Assembly (NCBI GenBank): GCA_030604855.1
Contig: JAUVVC010000001.1
Coordinates: 270,001-302,000 of the forward strand
DNA: 32,000 nucleotides
Direction of reading: 5' to 3'
Source of the DNA: Erysipelotrichaceae bacterium
Lineage (GTDB): Bacteria > Bacillota_I > Bacilli_A > Erysipelotrichales > Erysipelotrichaceae
A model generated the notes under the pieces. The model did no database searches. It saw nothing but the letters and a program-made list of their open reading frames with translations, and was not told the origin of the DNA. Positions within the stretch are counted from its first letter, which is position 1. Every line of letters starts with the position of its first letter. This document shows positions 10,190 to 17,536 of this stretch, in pieces. Both the position numbers and the translations under genes were made by a program.

Positions 10190-12130
10190 ATGAAACATAT
10201 GAAATTCTATCAAAGTAAAGTAAATCTACTCTTAATTAGTTTGGTGCTCAGCTTATCCGTGTTGTTTGGTTTTTCCATGCAACGTAATCTAAGTATTGAG
10301 ACACCGATTCGCATCATTGATTTCAGGAGTATGGAATCGGATGCGCTTTTGGCTTGGGGCCGTGAGAATGATATTCAAATAAAAACAACGGAAGAATACA
10401 GTGAAGATGTCGTAGCGGGTATGGTCATTTCTCAGAGCTCGATCGTTGGCGAACGCTTATATGCGGGATCAACGATCAATGTGGTTTTGTCTAAAGGACC
10501 GGATCCTGAGGTTATCGTTAATCTGATTGATTTCACAGGTAAGGATATCGGTGAGATTCAGCTCTTCATTGAAGAGAATAAATTGATGGCAGCTGAGATT
10601 CTCTTTGAGAAGAGTGATGCCATACAGTCAGCTTATTATATTAAGAAAAATATCGATGCGGAATCGATTCTACGGAAAACACCCATCAAATTTTATATCT
10701 CAACAGGGTCGAGAGATGAGTTGACGACGGTAAGTGTTCCAGATTTTACAGAGTACACACGCCAACAAATTTCAACTTGGTCGTCTACGAATAATATCAA
10801 GGCGAACTTCGTTGATGAGTTCCACGATACGGTTGCGGCAGGTAAGGTGATCAGTCAATCCCAAGCCGCAAATACACAAGTTTATGATGGAAGTAGTATC
10901 ACATTCAAGATGTCTTTGGGAGTTGGGGTTGTCTTAGAGAACTTTGTTGGTAAGACAAAGGGTGCGATTGATAAGTTCATTTCAGATAATGGCTTGAAGG
11001 TCAATTACAGCTTCTCCTACAACGCTACTCAGAATAATGATGTCGGAGTTAGTATGAGTCCAAATGCTTCTGTACGTGTTCCTAATGGCTCTACGGTCAA
11101 TGTGACTTTATCCTTAGGTAAGATCAGTGTATCGGATTTCACTGGTAAGACACTCAGTCAGCTCAATGCTTGGGTGAGTGAGCAGAATAAATTGGGAGCA
11201 AACCTAAAAGTTACTTCCACACAAGATTACAGTGCAACAACCGCAAGTGGTCAGCTCATCAGTCAAACACCTTCAAGTGGCGATATCAATCCAGGAACAA
11301 CCATTAAAGCTTCTGTATCTAAGGGTGAAGGGGTTGTGGTTAAGAACTTTGTAGGTGGTACAAGTACTTCTCAAGAAGGCTTGAAAGTCAGTACAAGTCA
11401 GACCTATCATGCGAGTGTTCCGAGTGGTCAAGTCATCAGTCAAAGTATATCATCTGGAACTAAAGTAGACACAAATAGCTCAATCAGTTTAGTGGTGTCT
11501 TTAGGTAAAGTAAATATAGAGAATAAAACGGGTCAAAGTTTAGACGCATTGAGGTCTTGGATCAATGCAGTTAATGGCCAAGGTGCAAATATCTCATTCA
11601 GCTCAAGTTCAGAATATAGCAGCAGTGTTGCAAGTGGTGCGATTATTTCTCAGTCACCATCCAGTGGTTCAGTGAATCCTGGTACTTCTATCAGCGTTGT
11701 TGTATCAAAAGGCGCAGGTGTAACCATAAAGAATTTCGTCGGTGGTACAAGCACATCACAATCTGGATTGAACGTGTCTCTAGCCTACGAGTTTAGTGAT
11801 TCAGTCGCAAAGGATGTGGTCATGAGCCAATCCCGAGCAGCTGGCACAGTTGTGGATTCAGGCACAAGCATAAGCCTAGTTGTTTCTAAAGGATCTGAAC
11901 CAACATTTGTAATTCCCGATTTAGCTGGACTCGTTGCTGGTCAATCATCAAGTGTCGATACATCAAAGAGCATCATCAGCAACTATTTGAACAGTGTAGG
12001 AGCGACAAATTACTCATTCAATACCGGTGCTTACGGAATCGGTGCGGGAATGGTCAACAGCCAATCTCCAGCAGGGGGTACTTCAATTAAGTACAACACT
12101 CCGATCGTTATTAATCTTTCTACAAATTAG
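10190..12130 (+). CDS. Membrane-anchored protein composed of about nine PASTA-like repeats (no kinase or transpeptidase domain)
   Basis: The protein has a short basic N-terminus (MKHMKFYQSK) and one TM helix (VNLLLISLVLSLSVLFGF). About nine 55-65-aa units follow, each with a PASTA-like pattern: (V/I)xDFxG.....(L/I)........ then V.(A/S)G.VISQSP..G..V..G(S/T).I.(L/V)V(V/L)SKG. No obvious Shine-Dalgarno site precedes ATG 10190 (or ATG 10199); the gene starts 13 nt after the rseP stop. Confidence 0.8.
   Translation: MKHMKFYQSKVNLLLISLVLSLSVLFGFSMQRNLSIETPIRIIDFRSMESDALLAWGRENDIQIKTTEEYSEDVVAGMVISQSSIVGERLYAGSTINVVLSKGPDPEVIVNLIDFTGKDIGEIQLFIEENKLMAAEILFEKSDAIQSAYYIKKNIDAESILRKTPIKFYISTGSRDELTTVSVPDFTEYTRQQISTWSSTNNIKANFVDEFHDTVAAGKVISQSQAANTQVYDGSSITFKMSLGVGVVLENFVGKTKGAIDKFISDNGLKVNYSFSYNATQNNDVGVSMSPNASVRVPNGSTVNVTLSLGKISVSDFTGKTLSQLNAWVSEQNKLGANLKVTSTQDYSATTASGQLISQTPSSGDINPGTTIKASVSKGEGVVVKNFVGGTSTSQEGLKVSTSQTYHASVPSGQVISQSISSGTKVDTNSSISLVVSLGKVNIENKTGQSLDALRSWINAVNGQGANISFSSSSEYSSSVASGAIISQSPSSGSVNPGTSISVVVSKGAGVTIKNFVGGTSTSQSGLNVSLAYEFSDSVAKDVVMSQSRAAGTVVDSGTSISLVVSKGSEPTFVIPDLAGLVAGQSSSVDTSKSIISNYLNSVGATNYSFNTGAYGIGAGMVNSQSPAGGTSIKYNTPIVINLSTN
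11120..11896 (+). repeat. Tandem duplication of a two-PASTA module inside the PASTA gene (unit A 11120-11509, unit B 11510-11896)
   Basis: Residues 311-440 and 441-569 align without gaps, and by eye roughly half the positions are identical. Examples are KNFVGGTSTSQEGLKVS / KNFVGGTSTSQSGLNVS and ASGQLISQTPSSGDINPGTTI / ASGAIISQSPSSGSVNPGTSI. The similarity is still visible at DNA level, for example aagaactttgtaggtggtacaagtac versus aagaatttcgtcggtggtacaagcac. Confidence 0.8.
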
Positions 12131-12135
12131 TCTAC

Positions 12136-12166
12136 AACCTAGGTACAATTCCTAGGTTTTCTTTTT
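12136..12166 (+). terminator. Rho-independent terminator of the PASTA gene
   Basis: AACCTAGG (12136-12143), loop TACAATT, CCTAGGTT (12151-12158), then TTCTTTTT. Confidence 0.75.
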
Positions 12167-12167
12167 A

Positions 12168-12199
12168 TGATAAAAAACACCTTGATTAATCAAGGTGTT
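12168..12199 (-). terminator. Rho-independent terminator of the convergent GH73 operon
   Basis: On the minus strand the sequence reads AACACCTTGA-TTAA-TCAAGGTGTT followed by TTTTAT. The stem is 10 bp and contains the TGA stop of the 888-aa gene. Confidence 0.75.
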
Positions 12200-14856
12200 G
12201 TGGTCTGCGTATCATCTGGTGGGGTTATAACCTCTTCGATATTGTTTGTCGTAATCCTTAAGACATAGCGTCTACGAATGTTCAAGCTTGGTTCAAATGT
12301 ATATGTCTTGTTTGAAGAAGTAAAGACTTGGGTATTCTTAATCAAAATATCTCGAACTTCTACCACGTCTTTATACAACTTATTGGATGTGATGATGAAG
12401 ATGCGATAATCACCATCTATCAAACCATCAATATTGACTTTCTCAGCATAATACCAAGCTCTGCTGTAATTGTATCCACCATTTGAAATATCGTAAATGC
12501 CTGTTGAGGTTCTTAATGGGTAGATGTGTTGTTGGCCAGTGGGATCGACAAATAATAATTCATGCTTTGGTTCATCTGCTTCAGCCATATTGATATTCTG
12601 CATGTATGAAATGCCTGTGATATTGATTAAATCTAATCCAGAACTATCTTCTTCAATTGATATCGCAGTCATATACGCAGTTGAGTTGAATCGTGTCGGC
12701 AATAAAGGTGTTACGCCTGTAATACTCAGACCGATCTCTTTAGACAACTCATATCGCATTCCACGTGTATTATTAAATGAGAATCGATACGTAAAGCTAT
12801 CCCGATCCACAATCTGTGCTCTTGGTGCATTGACTGTTGAATTTGCAAGTGAAGCTTTACCACTGGTATCACCGCTTTTTGTTATGATTTCAAAATGGTA
12901 GTTTCCTTCAGGAAGCGTTCCGACATCTATTACTCCATCAAACCACGCTGTTGTGTAACTGAATCCATTGCCTAAGTTCAGCGGATAGTTCTCAGGTGCA
13001 ATATTCAAAGCAAATGTGTATTTCTGTGTCTCATCTAGCATGTTGACGGCGTTAAGTTGATGCGTGACTGCACCTAAAGCCATATTGGTGTTTTTGAGCG
13101 CGGCCCATCCTTTTACATATAAGTTGTTATTTTGCCAATCCCAATTTGTAACATACGTTAATAATGTATCTTCGCTATTGACCACATAAGGCTTATCGCT
13201 CGCTGTATTGACGAGTGTTACTTGATCTTTATGGATATAAGCAGTTGAACCAGCCATGTTGTATGGGACAAGACCTGCAGTACTTCCTGTAATCGCAACA
13301 CCATTGACTAAGGGGTTTGTGGATTGAACGTAGTAGACATTACCACTTGTAGCTTTGATTGTGAATGGATAATTTGTTGCACGCGAATCAATGGAATAAA
13401 GAGGAGAAGTAAGATCCGTTTTAGAGTGTACCACACGAGATGCATCTGAGTTTAAAACCGCAATCTGATATTTATTTAAGTCTTTTAAACCAAGGTAACG
13501 ATCGATCCTAAACGCATAACCAGCAATCTTGATGCTCCACCATGGATCAGATGCGTAACGTGTATTTATCCCAGCCCCTTTTGTGCCAATGTTAGACGCA
13601 TAAAAAAGGGAACTGTTTGCAGTCGCGTTGTAGTTACTGTAATCAAGATAATGACGTAGGTTGATACCCATGTGTTCATTAACGGATTGCTCGACATTGG
13701 CAAACGTATAAGCATTATCAGGATTACTATCGTATGCACCATATCCAAAGAGATTGAAGCGATTGACGGCGTAACTACTGCGCCCATAAGCACTTTCATG
13801 AATGGCCATTGAATAAATCATCAAGGCATTCATGCCATAGGTGTTCTGTGCATCAACAAATGCACTCCCTTTATCTTTCATGACACTTGAGTTTGGATCA
13901 AGTTTGTTTACTGAGAAGTAATAGTAAAAATACTCATCCAATTCTTGAGCGGTATATTGTGTTGTTGTTCTAAGGTTTAAGAAGTCATAATAATTAAAAT
14001 AACGACCAACGACGCCATTTACAGTCACTGGATTTTTAAGGTCCATATCAGTATAGAAATTGATGCCATTTGGACTGTAATAGGTCCCAACGGGCAACCA
14101 GTCAGGTGCGACTCCATAGGAATAAGTATTGACATACAATGCTGTGTCAACTTGAACGGAAATCTGCCTAATTGTGACATTTCCTGTTTTTGTCGCGCTT
14201 GAAACGTCCGCAACCTTGTATTGCGTTATGTTTGGTCGAATGATGTGACCAGTGTACGTATTATCCAAAGAATTGCGTGTTGTGAAGCTAATGTACCAGT
14301 TATTGGCTCGATTCTCGACATAAATCAAAGGAATGATATCGATTCCGTTGATTTGGATGAATCCTCTCGCACCATTCACTTCGATTTCAGCCACAAGATC
14401 TGAAGGCTTGACAGCTTCTGAAGAGGACTTGGATTTAATTTGAGTGTTGTAGTAGTAGAGTGGGTTAGCTTGGTTGATGTAAGTATATGGCACAGTTTGA
14501 GCTTTATCACGCCATACATTAATTGTGTCTGATTTCAAGTATGTATGATTCTGTGAATATGCCATTGCTCGATCTGCTGCGACAATGTTCATTGGACTGT
14601 AGGACTCTTCATGGCGAATAACAACATTGGGAGCGGTTGTGGCTTCACTCAACATGAAATCATACGCTTGTTGAAACTGATTCTCATTAAAACAACCCAA
14701 CTTCGTGAACTGATCTTTTCCGGTAATACGGTCGACACTGTATTGATTGACAGCACAAGCAACAGGGATGTTTGATGCGGCATATGTAATCGTCCAAGCT
14801 TCCGCTTGGACCAATACGAGTAAAAGTGTGATTAGAAAGATTATGAATCGTTTCAT
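12190..14856 (-). CDS. Secreted peptidoglycan hydrolase, GH73-type N-acetylglucosaminidase with unassigned N-terminal region and a duplicated C-terminal module
   Basis: Signal peptide MKRFIIFLITLLLVLVQAEA/WT with an AxA cleavage motif. The central segment (residues about 325-455, nt 13492-13884) reads FVDAQNTYGMNALMIYSMAIHESAYGRSSYAVNRFNLFGYGAYD...ASDPWW. This matches the glucosaminidase (GH73/LytD/FlgJ-type) pattern, with a candidate catalytic Glu at codon 13795-13797. Two related modules of about 100 aa lie at roughly nt 12853-13143 and 12352-12636, with the shared pattern NMA....H.L..V.....Y......Y..AW(F/Y).....(I/V)..L..G.Y...II. Confidence 0.75.
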   Translation of the reverse strand: MKRFIIFLITLLLVLVQAEAWTITYAASNIPVACAVNQYSVDRITGKDQFTKLGCFNENQFQQAYDFMLSEATTAPNVVIRHEESYSPMNIVAADRAMAYSQNHTYLKSDTINVWRDKAQTVPYTYINQANPLYYYNTQIKSKSSSEAVKPSDLVAEIEVNGARGFIQINGIDIIPLIYVENRANNWYISFTTRNSLDNTYTGHIIRPNITQYKVADVSSATKTGNVTIRQISVQVDTALYVNTYSYGVAPDWLPVGTYYSPNGINFYTDMDLKNPVTVNGVVGRYFNYYDFLNLRTTTQYTAQELDEYFYYYFSVNKLDPNSSVMKDKGSAFVDAQNTYGMNALMIYSMAIHESAYGRSSYAVNRFNLFGYGAYDSNPDNAYTFANVEQSVNEHMGINLRHYLDYSNYNATANSSLFYASNIGTKGAGINTRYASDPWWSIKIAGYAFRIDRYLGLKDLNKYQIAVLNSDASRVVHSKTDLTSPLYSIDSRATNYPFTIKATSGNVYYVQSTNPLVNGVAITGSTAGLVPYNMAGSTAYIHKDQVTLVNTASDKPYVVNSEDTLLTYVTNWDWQNNNLYVKGWAALKNTNMALGAVTHQLNAVNMLDETQKYTFALNIAPENYPLNLGNGFSYTTAWFDGVIDVGTLPEGNYHFEIITKSGDTSGKASLANSTVNAPRAQIVDRDSFTYRFSFNNTRGMRYELSKEIGLSITGVTPLLPTRFNSTAYMTAISIEEDSSGLDLINITGISYMQNINMAEADEPKHELLFVDPTGQQHIYPLRTSTGIYDISNGGYNYSRAWYYAEKVNIDGLIDGDYRIFIITSNKLYKDVVEVRDILIKNTQVFTSSNKTYTFEPSLNIRRRYVLRITTNNIEEVITPPDDTQTTTP

Positions 14857-15806
14857 TAATTACCTGTGAGTGAAAGTGAATAATACTTATCGTCAGAAAC
14901 TGAGAGATAGATTTGAACTTCTGTGAATGATGATAAGCTTACATCACCTAAGGCTTCAAAGAAGAGATAGCCTTCGGTTGTGCCACTGATGTATAGATTG
15001 CTTAAATTCGTAGCTCCATCAATGAGATAAGAATTATCAACCGCATCGTAGAGTGTTCCACCATTTTTTATGAGTGCCTTAGTGATTCTAAAGGAATCAC
15101 TCAGCTTATTCTCGATTTTAATTTTTATTGCGACAATCTGTGATTGTGAGGTGAAACTTGCTTCAACACGATTGCCATTCGTGTCCAATTGATAGAATTC
15201 TGTTGGACTGACCGTTGTCTTATTGAGAACAGTCATATTCGCAGCCATATTGGGTTCCAAACCCATTTCACTGATCCCTAAGTCGGACTTCATCCCAAGC
15301 TTAGTAGGATTACTTAAGTCAAAGGATAAGCTGGAACTTGGATAGAGATTGATTTTCACATCCAGTGATGTGGCTTCAGTATTTACGATTGGAATAAACA
15401 ATAGACCATCCATCTCTGTGGTAGCGGAGTAGAGAGAGAACACCAACTTATAATCCCCAAAGGTATACCCAGCTGCTTCAATTCGACCCAGATATTGGTC
15501 GACACTGTTGAGTTGGATGTTTTCACTGGTCGTGAAATGGCTGAGTGCGACATTAATCGGCTTGTTGCTTTTGACATGAACATCCGCCAAGATGAAATCA
15601 AAACCGAATTCCTCAATTTCAAAGAGTGTGAATTCATTTACTGAGAACTCAAAGGTTTGCTGAACAGTGGGATCATTGATGATTGGATCATCTGGAACGG
15701 GATCTTTTACAATCAGATTCCACAAGAAAATCCCAGCTACGATCATAAAGCTCAGGACGAGTAGCACAAAGAGTGTTTTCAATAGGGTTAGGGCAGTGTT
15801 TTTCAT
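14856..15806 (-). CDS. Membrane-anchored extracytoplasmic beta-rich protein of unknown function (two tandem Ig/DUF4352-like halves suspected)
   Basis: N-terminal signal-anchor TLFVLLVLSFMIVAGIFLWNLIV, then a Pro/Asp linker, then two segments rich in alternating hydrophobic residues. The stop overlaps the ATG of the GH73 gene (TAATG at 14854-14858), so the two genes are co-transcribed and translationally coupled. I recognise no catalytic motif. Confidence 0.65.
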   Translation of the reverse strand: MKNTALTLLKTLFVLLVLSFMIVAGIFLWNLIVKDPVPDDPIINDPTVQQTFEFSVNEFTLFEIEEFGFDFILADVHVKSNKPINVALSHFTTSENIQLNSVDQYLGRIEAAGYTFGDYKLVFSLYSATTEMDGLLFIPIVNTEATSLDVKINLYPSSSLSFDLSNPTKLGMKSDLGISEMGLEPNMAANMTVLNKTTVSPTEFYQLDTNGNRVEASFTSQSQIVAIKIKIENKLSDSFRITKALIKNGGTLYDAVDNSYLIDGATNLSNLYISGTTEGYLFFEALGDVSLSSFTEVQIYLSVSDDKYYSLSLTGN

Positions 15807-15813
15807 CTTTGTT

Positions 15814-15842
15814 ATTTTAACATAATTGATAACAGATGCCTA
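15814..15842 (-). promoter_or_regulatory. Candidate promoter of the 316-aa/GH73 operon, positioned for a leaderless or near-leaderless mRNA
   Basis: The minus strand reads TAGGCA (15842-15837), 17 nt, TGtTAAAAT (-10 at 15819-14). Only AACAAAG (7 nt) separates the -10 from the ATG at 15806, and there is no Shine-Dalgarno sequence. Confidence 0.4.
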
Positions 15843-15867
15843 CTTTTATGGGCATCATAGTCATTGC

Positions 15868-15896
15868 TTGGGACAAGGTTTCTAGGATGGTATACA
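15868..15896 (+). promoter_or_regulatory. Candidate promoter of the aldo/keto reductase gene
   Basis: TTGGGA (15868-15873), 17 nt, TGgTATACA (-10 at 15891-15896; the alternative TACAAT is at 15893-15898). The GGAGG Shine-Dalgarno site at 15907-15911 and the ATG at 15918 lie downstream of it. Confidence 0.4.
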
Positions 15897-15917
15897 ATGG
15901 GGTTACGGAGGATTAGC

Positions 15918-16727
15918 ATGCAAACATTTACACTGAATAATGGTTTGAGAATACCTGTGATGGGCACAGGAACCAATACCTATGGGAAGGTCAATCGTGA
16001 CTACATGGGTGACATCAACAATGACACAACGGAATTGGAATCGGCTTTGGCTTTAGGATACACCTTGATTGATACCGCAATCTCGTATCGCAATGAGGGT
16101 GTTGTAGGTTTGGCCATCAAACGCTCCGGTTTAAATCGAGATACGTTGTTCATCACATCCAAGATTCCTGCGGATGATGTGCATACCAAAGATGAGACCT
16201 GTATCCGCAATGCTGTGGACGCGAGTCTGAAGGCTTTGGATTTGGACGTGATCGATCTCTATCTCTTACATCGCCCTTTGGAGAATAATGAAGATAATGT
16301 TCGTGTTTGGACGGTATTGGAAGCTTTGGTTCAAGAAGGGAAGCTACGCTCCATTGGTGTATCCAACTTTGATGTGGATCAATTGGACTATTTGTTGAAG
16401 CGATGCACCATCAAGCCTGCTGTCAATCAGATTGAATCCCATCCAGGTTTATGGAACGATGAAATCATTGATTTCTGTCAGAAAAATAATGTCTTTGTGG
16501 AAGCTTGGGGACCGGTCAAGAAGGTCAGTGATGAAGCGAAAGCCGTCTTGGATTCCATTGGATCCAAGTATGGAAAAACTTGGGCTCAAGTCATCCTTCG
16601 TTATCAAATTGAGCGCAATGTCATCGTCATTCCAAAGTCACACAAAGAAGCGAATCAAAAAGCCAATCTTGAGATCTTTGATTTTAGTTTAACAGACGAA
16701 GAAAAAACGCTCATTCAGAAACTCTAG
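15918..16727 (+). CDS. Aldo/keto reductase (2,5-diketo-D-gluconate reductase / YtbE-YvgN-like)
   Basis: The ATG at 15918 sits 6 nt after a GGAGG site; the ORF-track start at 15864 lies upstream of the likely promoter. The AKR catalytic tetrad context is present: LIDTAISYRNEG (D, Y), ITSKIP (K) and DLYLLHRP (H). The C-terminal VIPKS..........N motif is also present. Confidence 0.88.
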   Translation: MQTFTLNNGLRIPVMGTGTNTYGKVNRDYMGDINNDTTELESALALGYTLIDTAISYRNEGVVGLAIKRSGLNRDTLFITSKIPADDVHTKDETCIRNAVDASLKALDLDVIDLYLLHRPLENNEDNVRVWTVLEALVQEGKLRSIGVSNFDVDQLDYLLKRCTIKPAVNQIESHPGLWNDEIIDFCQKNNVFVEAWGPVKKVSDEAKAVLDSIGSKYGKTWAQVILRYQIERNVIVIPKSHKEANQKANLEIFDFSLTDEEKTLIQKL

Positions 16728-17293
16728 AACAAGCGTTGTTGGATGGATTGATCCACCCACTTCAATTCATTTTGTTTGAGCTTACGGAAATCTTCCAAGA
16801 GTTGATCACCGTTTTCTAAGTATTTGTTTAATAGATTGGATGGAATCATCAGTGGAACACGATTATGAAGTTGGATGAAATCTGTTCTCACCTCATTGGT
16901 GAGAATGGAGAAACAGCCTTCCTCATCGTAGATGCCCGCCATATAGAAGGGGTTTTGCGAAGCATCTGTCACAAGGTGTTTCGCTTTTTCTTTATCCCAT
17001 TCATAGAAGCCATCGGCTTTGATCAAACATCGTCTTTTCTTAAGATGATTCTCAAAGAAAGGAGATGAGGCGATGGTCTCACTGCGTGCATTGATGATGC
17101 GTCCTTTGTTGTCCCATTTCACATGACCCCATTGGGCGATCATGGGTTTCAAGCCCTGTGTTAAGACAATGGTCTTTTGGGATGGATAAACGACATGCAG
17201 CGAAAGATCTTTAGCCTCTTCGACATCTAAGTTCTTAAGCCATTCCTCCAATTCATCATCTTCATCTTGTTTGAATAGGTAACGTCCACACAT
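16724..17293 (-). CDS. SOS response-associated peptidase (SRAP; YedK/HMCES family) abasic-site-processing protein
   Basis: The true start is the ATG at 17293, preceded by AAAAAGGAG 5 nt upstream. This gives the obligatory MCGRY N-terminus with catalytic Cys2. Further family motifs are INARSET, RCLIKADGFYEW and LHNRVPLMI. The ORF-track extension to 17455 overlaps the upstream gene in another frame. Confidence 0.85.
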   Translation of the reverse strand: MCGRYLFKQDEDDELEEWLKNLDVEEAKDLSLHVVYPSQKTIVLTQGLKPMIAQWGHVKWDNKGRIINARSETIASSPFFENHLKKRRCLIKADGFYEWDKEKAKHLVTDASQNPFYMAGIYDEEGCFSILTNEVRTDFIQLHNRVPLMIPSNLLNKYLENGDQLLEDFRKLKQNELKWVDQSIQQRLF

Positions 17294-17294
17294 A

Positions 17295-17531
17295 TCAATA
17301 CTCCTTTTTCTCAATGAACCAACGGTCCTCTTCATGATAGAGGTAACGACTCTGACCTTGAATGGTACAGGTATAACGTATGCCTGTACCCCCGGAAATG
17401 GTCGAGGCCGCCCGTGTGATCTGCGAGATCTTATCAATGCTGTATTTAATTCCATTATGCCATAAAATAGCCAGAGGTTTGATTTTACCCTCCTTGCTAT
17501 TGAGAATGATCACATCTACATAGGTTTTCAC
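17295..17531 (-). CDS. Small (78 aa) protein of unknown function embedded in the polymerase-SRAP operon
   Basis: GTG start at 17531, 5 nt after the polymerase stop, with AAGGGG upstream. The stop at 17295-17297 lies 1 nt before the SRAP ATG. The sequence MKTYVDVIILNSKEGKIKPLAILWHNGIKYSIDKI..AASTISGGTGIRYTCTIQGQSRYLYHEEDRWFIE looks beta-rich. I cannot assign it to a family, and it lacks the pattern I associate with YolD-like proteins. Confidence 0.6.
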   Translation of the reverse strand: MKTYVDVIILNSKEGKIKPLAILWHNGIKYSIDKISQITRAASTISGGTGIRYTCTIQGQSRYLYHEEDRWFIEKKEY

Positions 17532-17536
17532 TTATA

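Noticed and set aside
17294-17455. The ORF-track N-terminal extension of the SRAP gene (243 aa starting at 17455). Analogous upstream extensions occur at 897, 2239, 15864, 18865, 25510, 26338 and 30212.
   Set aside because: SRAP proteins must begin with Met-Cys, and the ATG at 17293 has an AGGAG site. The extension overlaps the 78-aa gene in another frame. The other extensions overlap upstream genes or promoters and lack Shine-Dalgarno sites, whereas the internal ATGs have GGAGG-type sites and give canonical N-termini.
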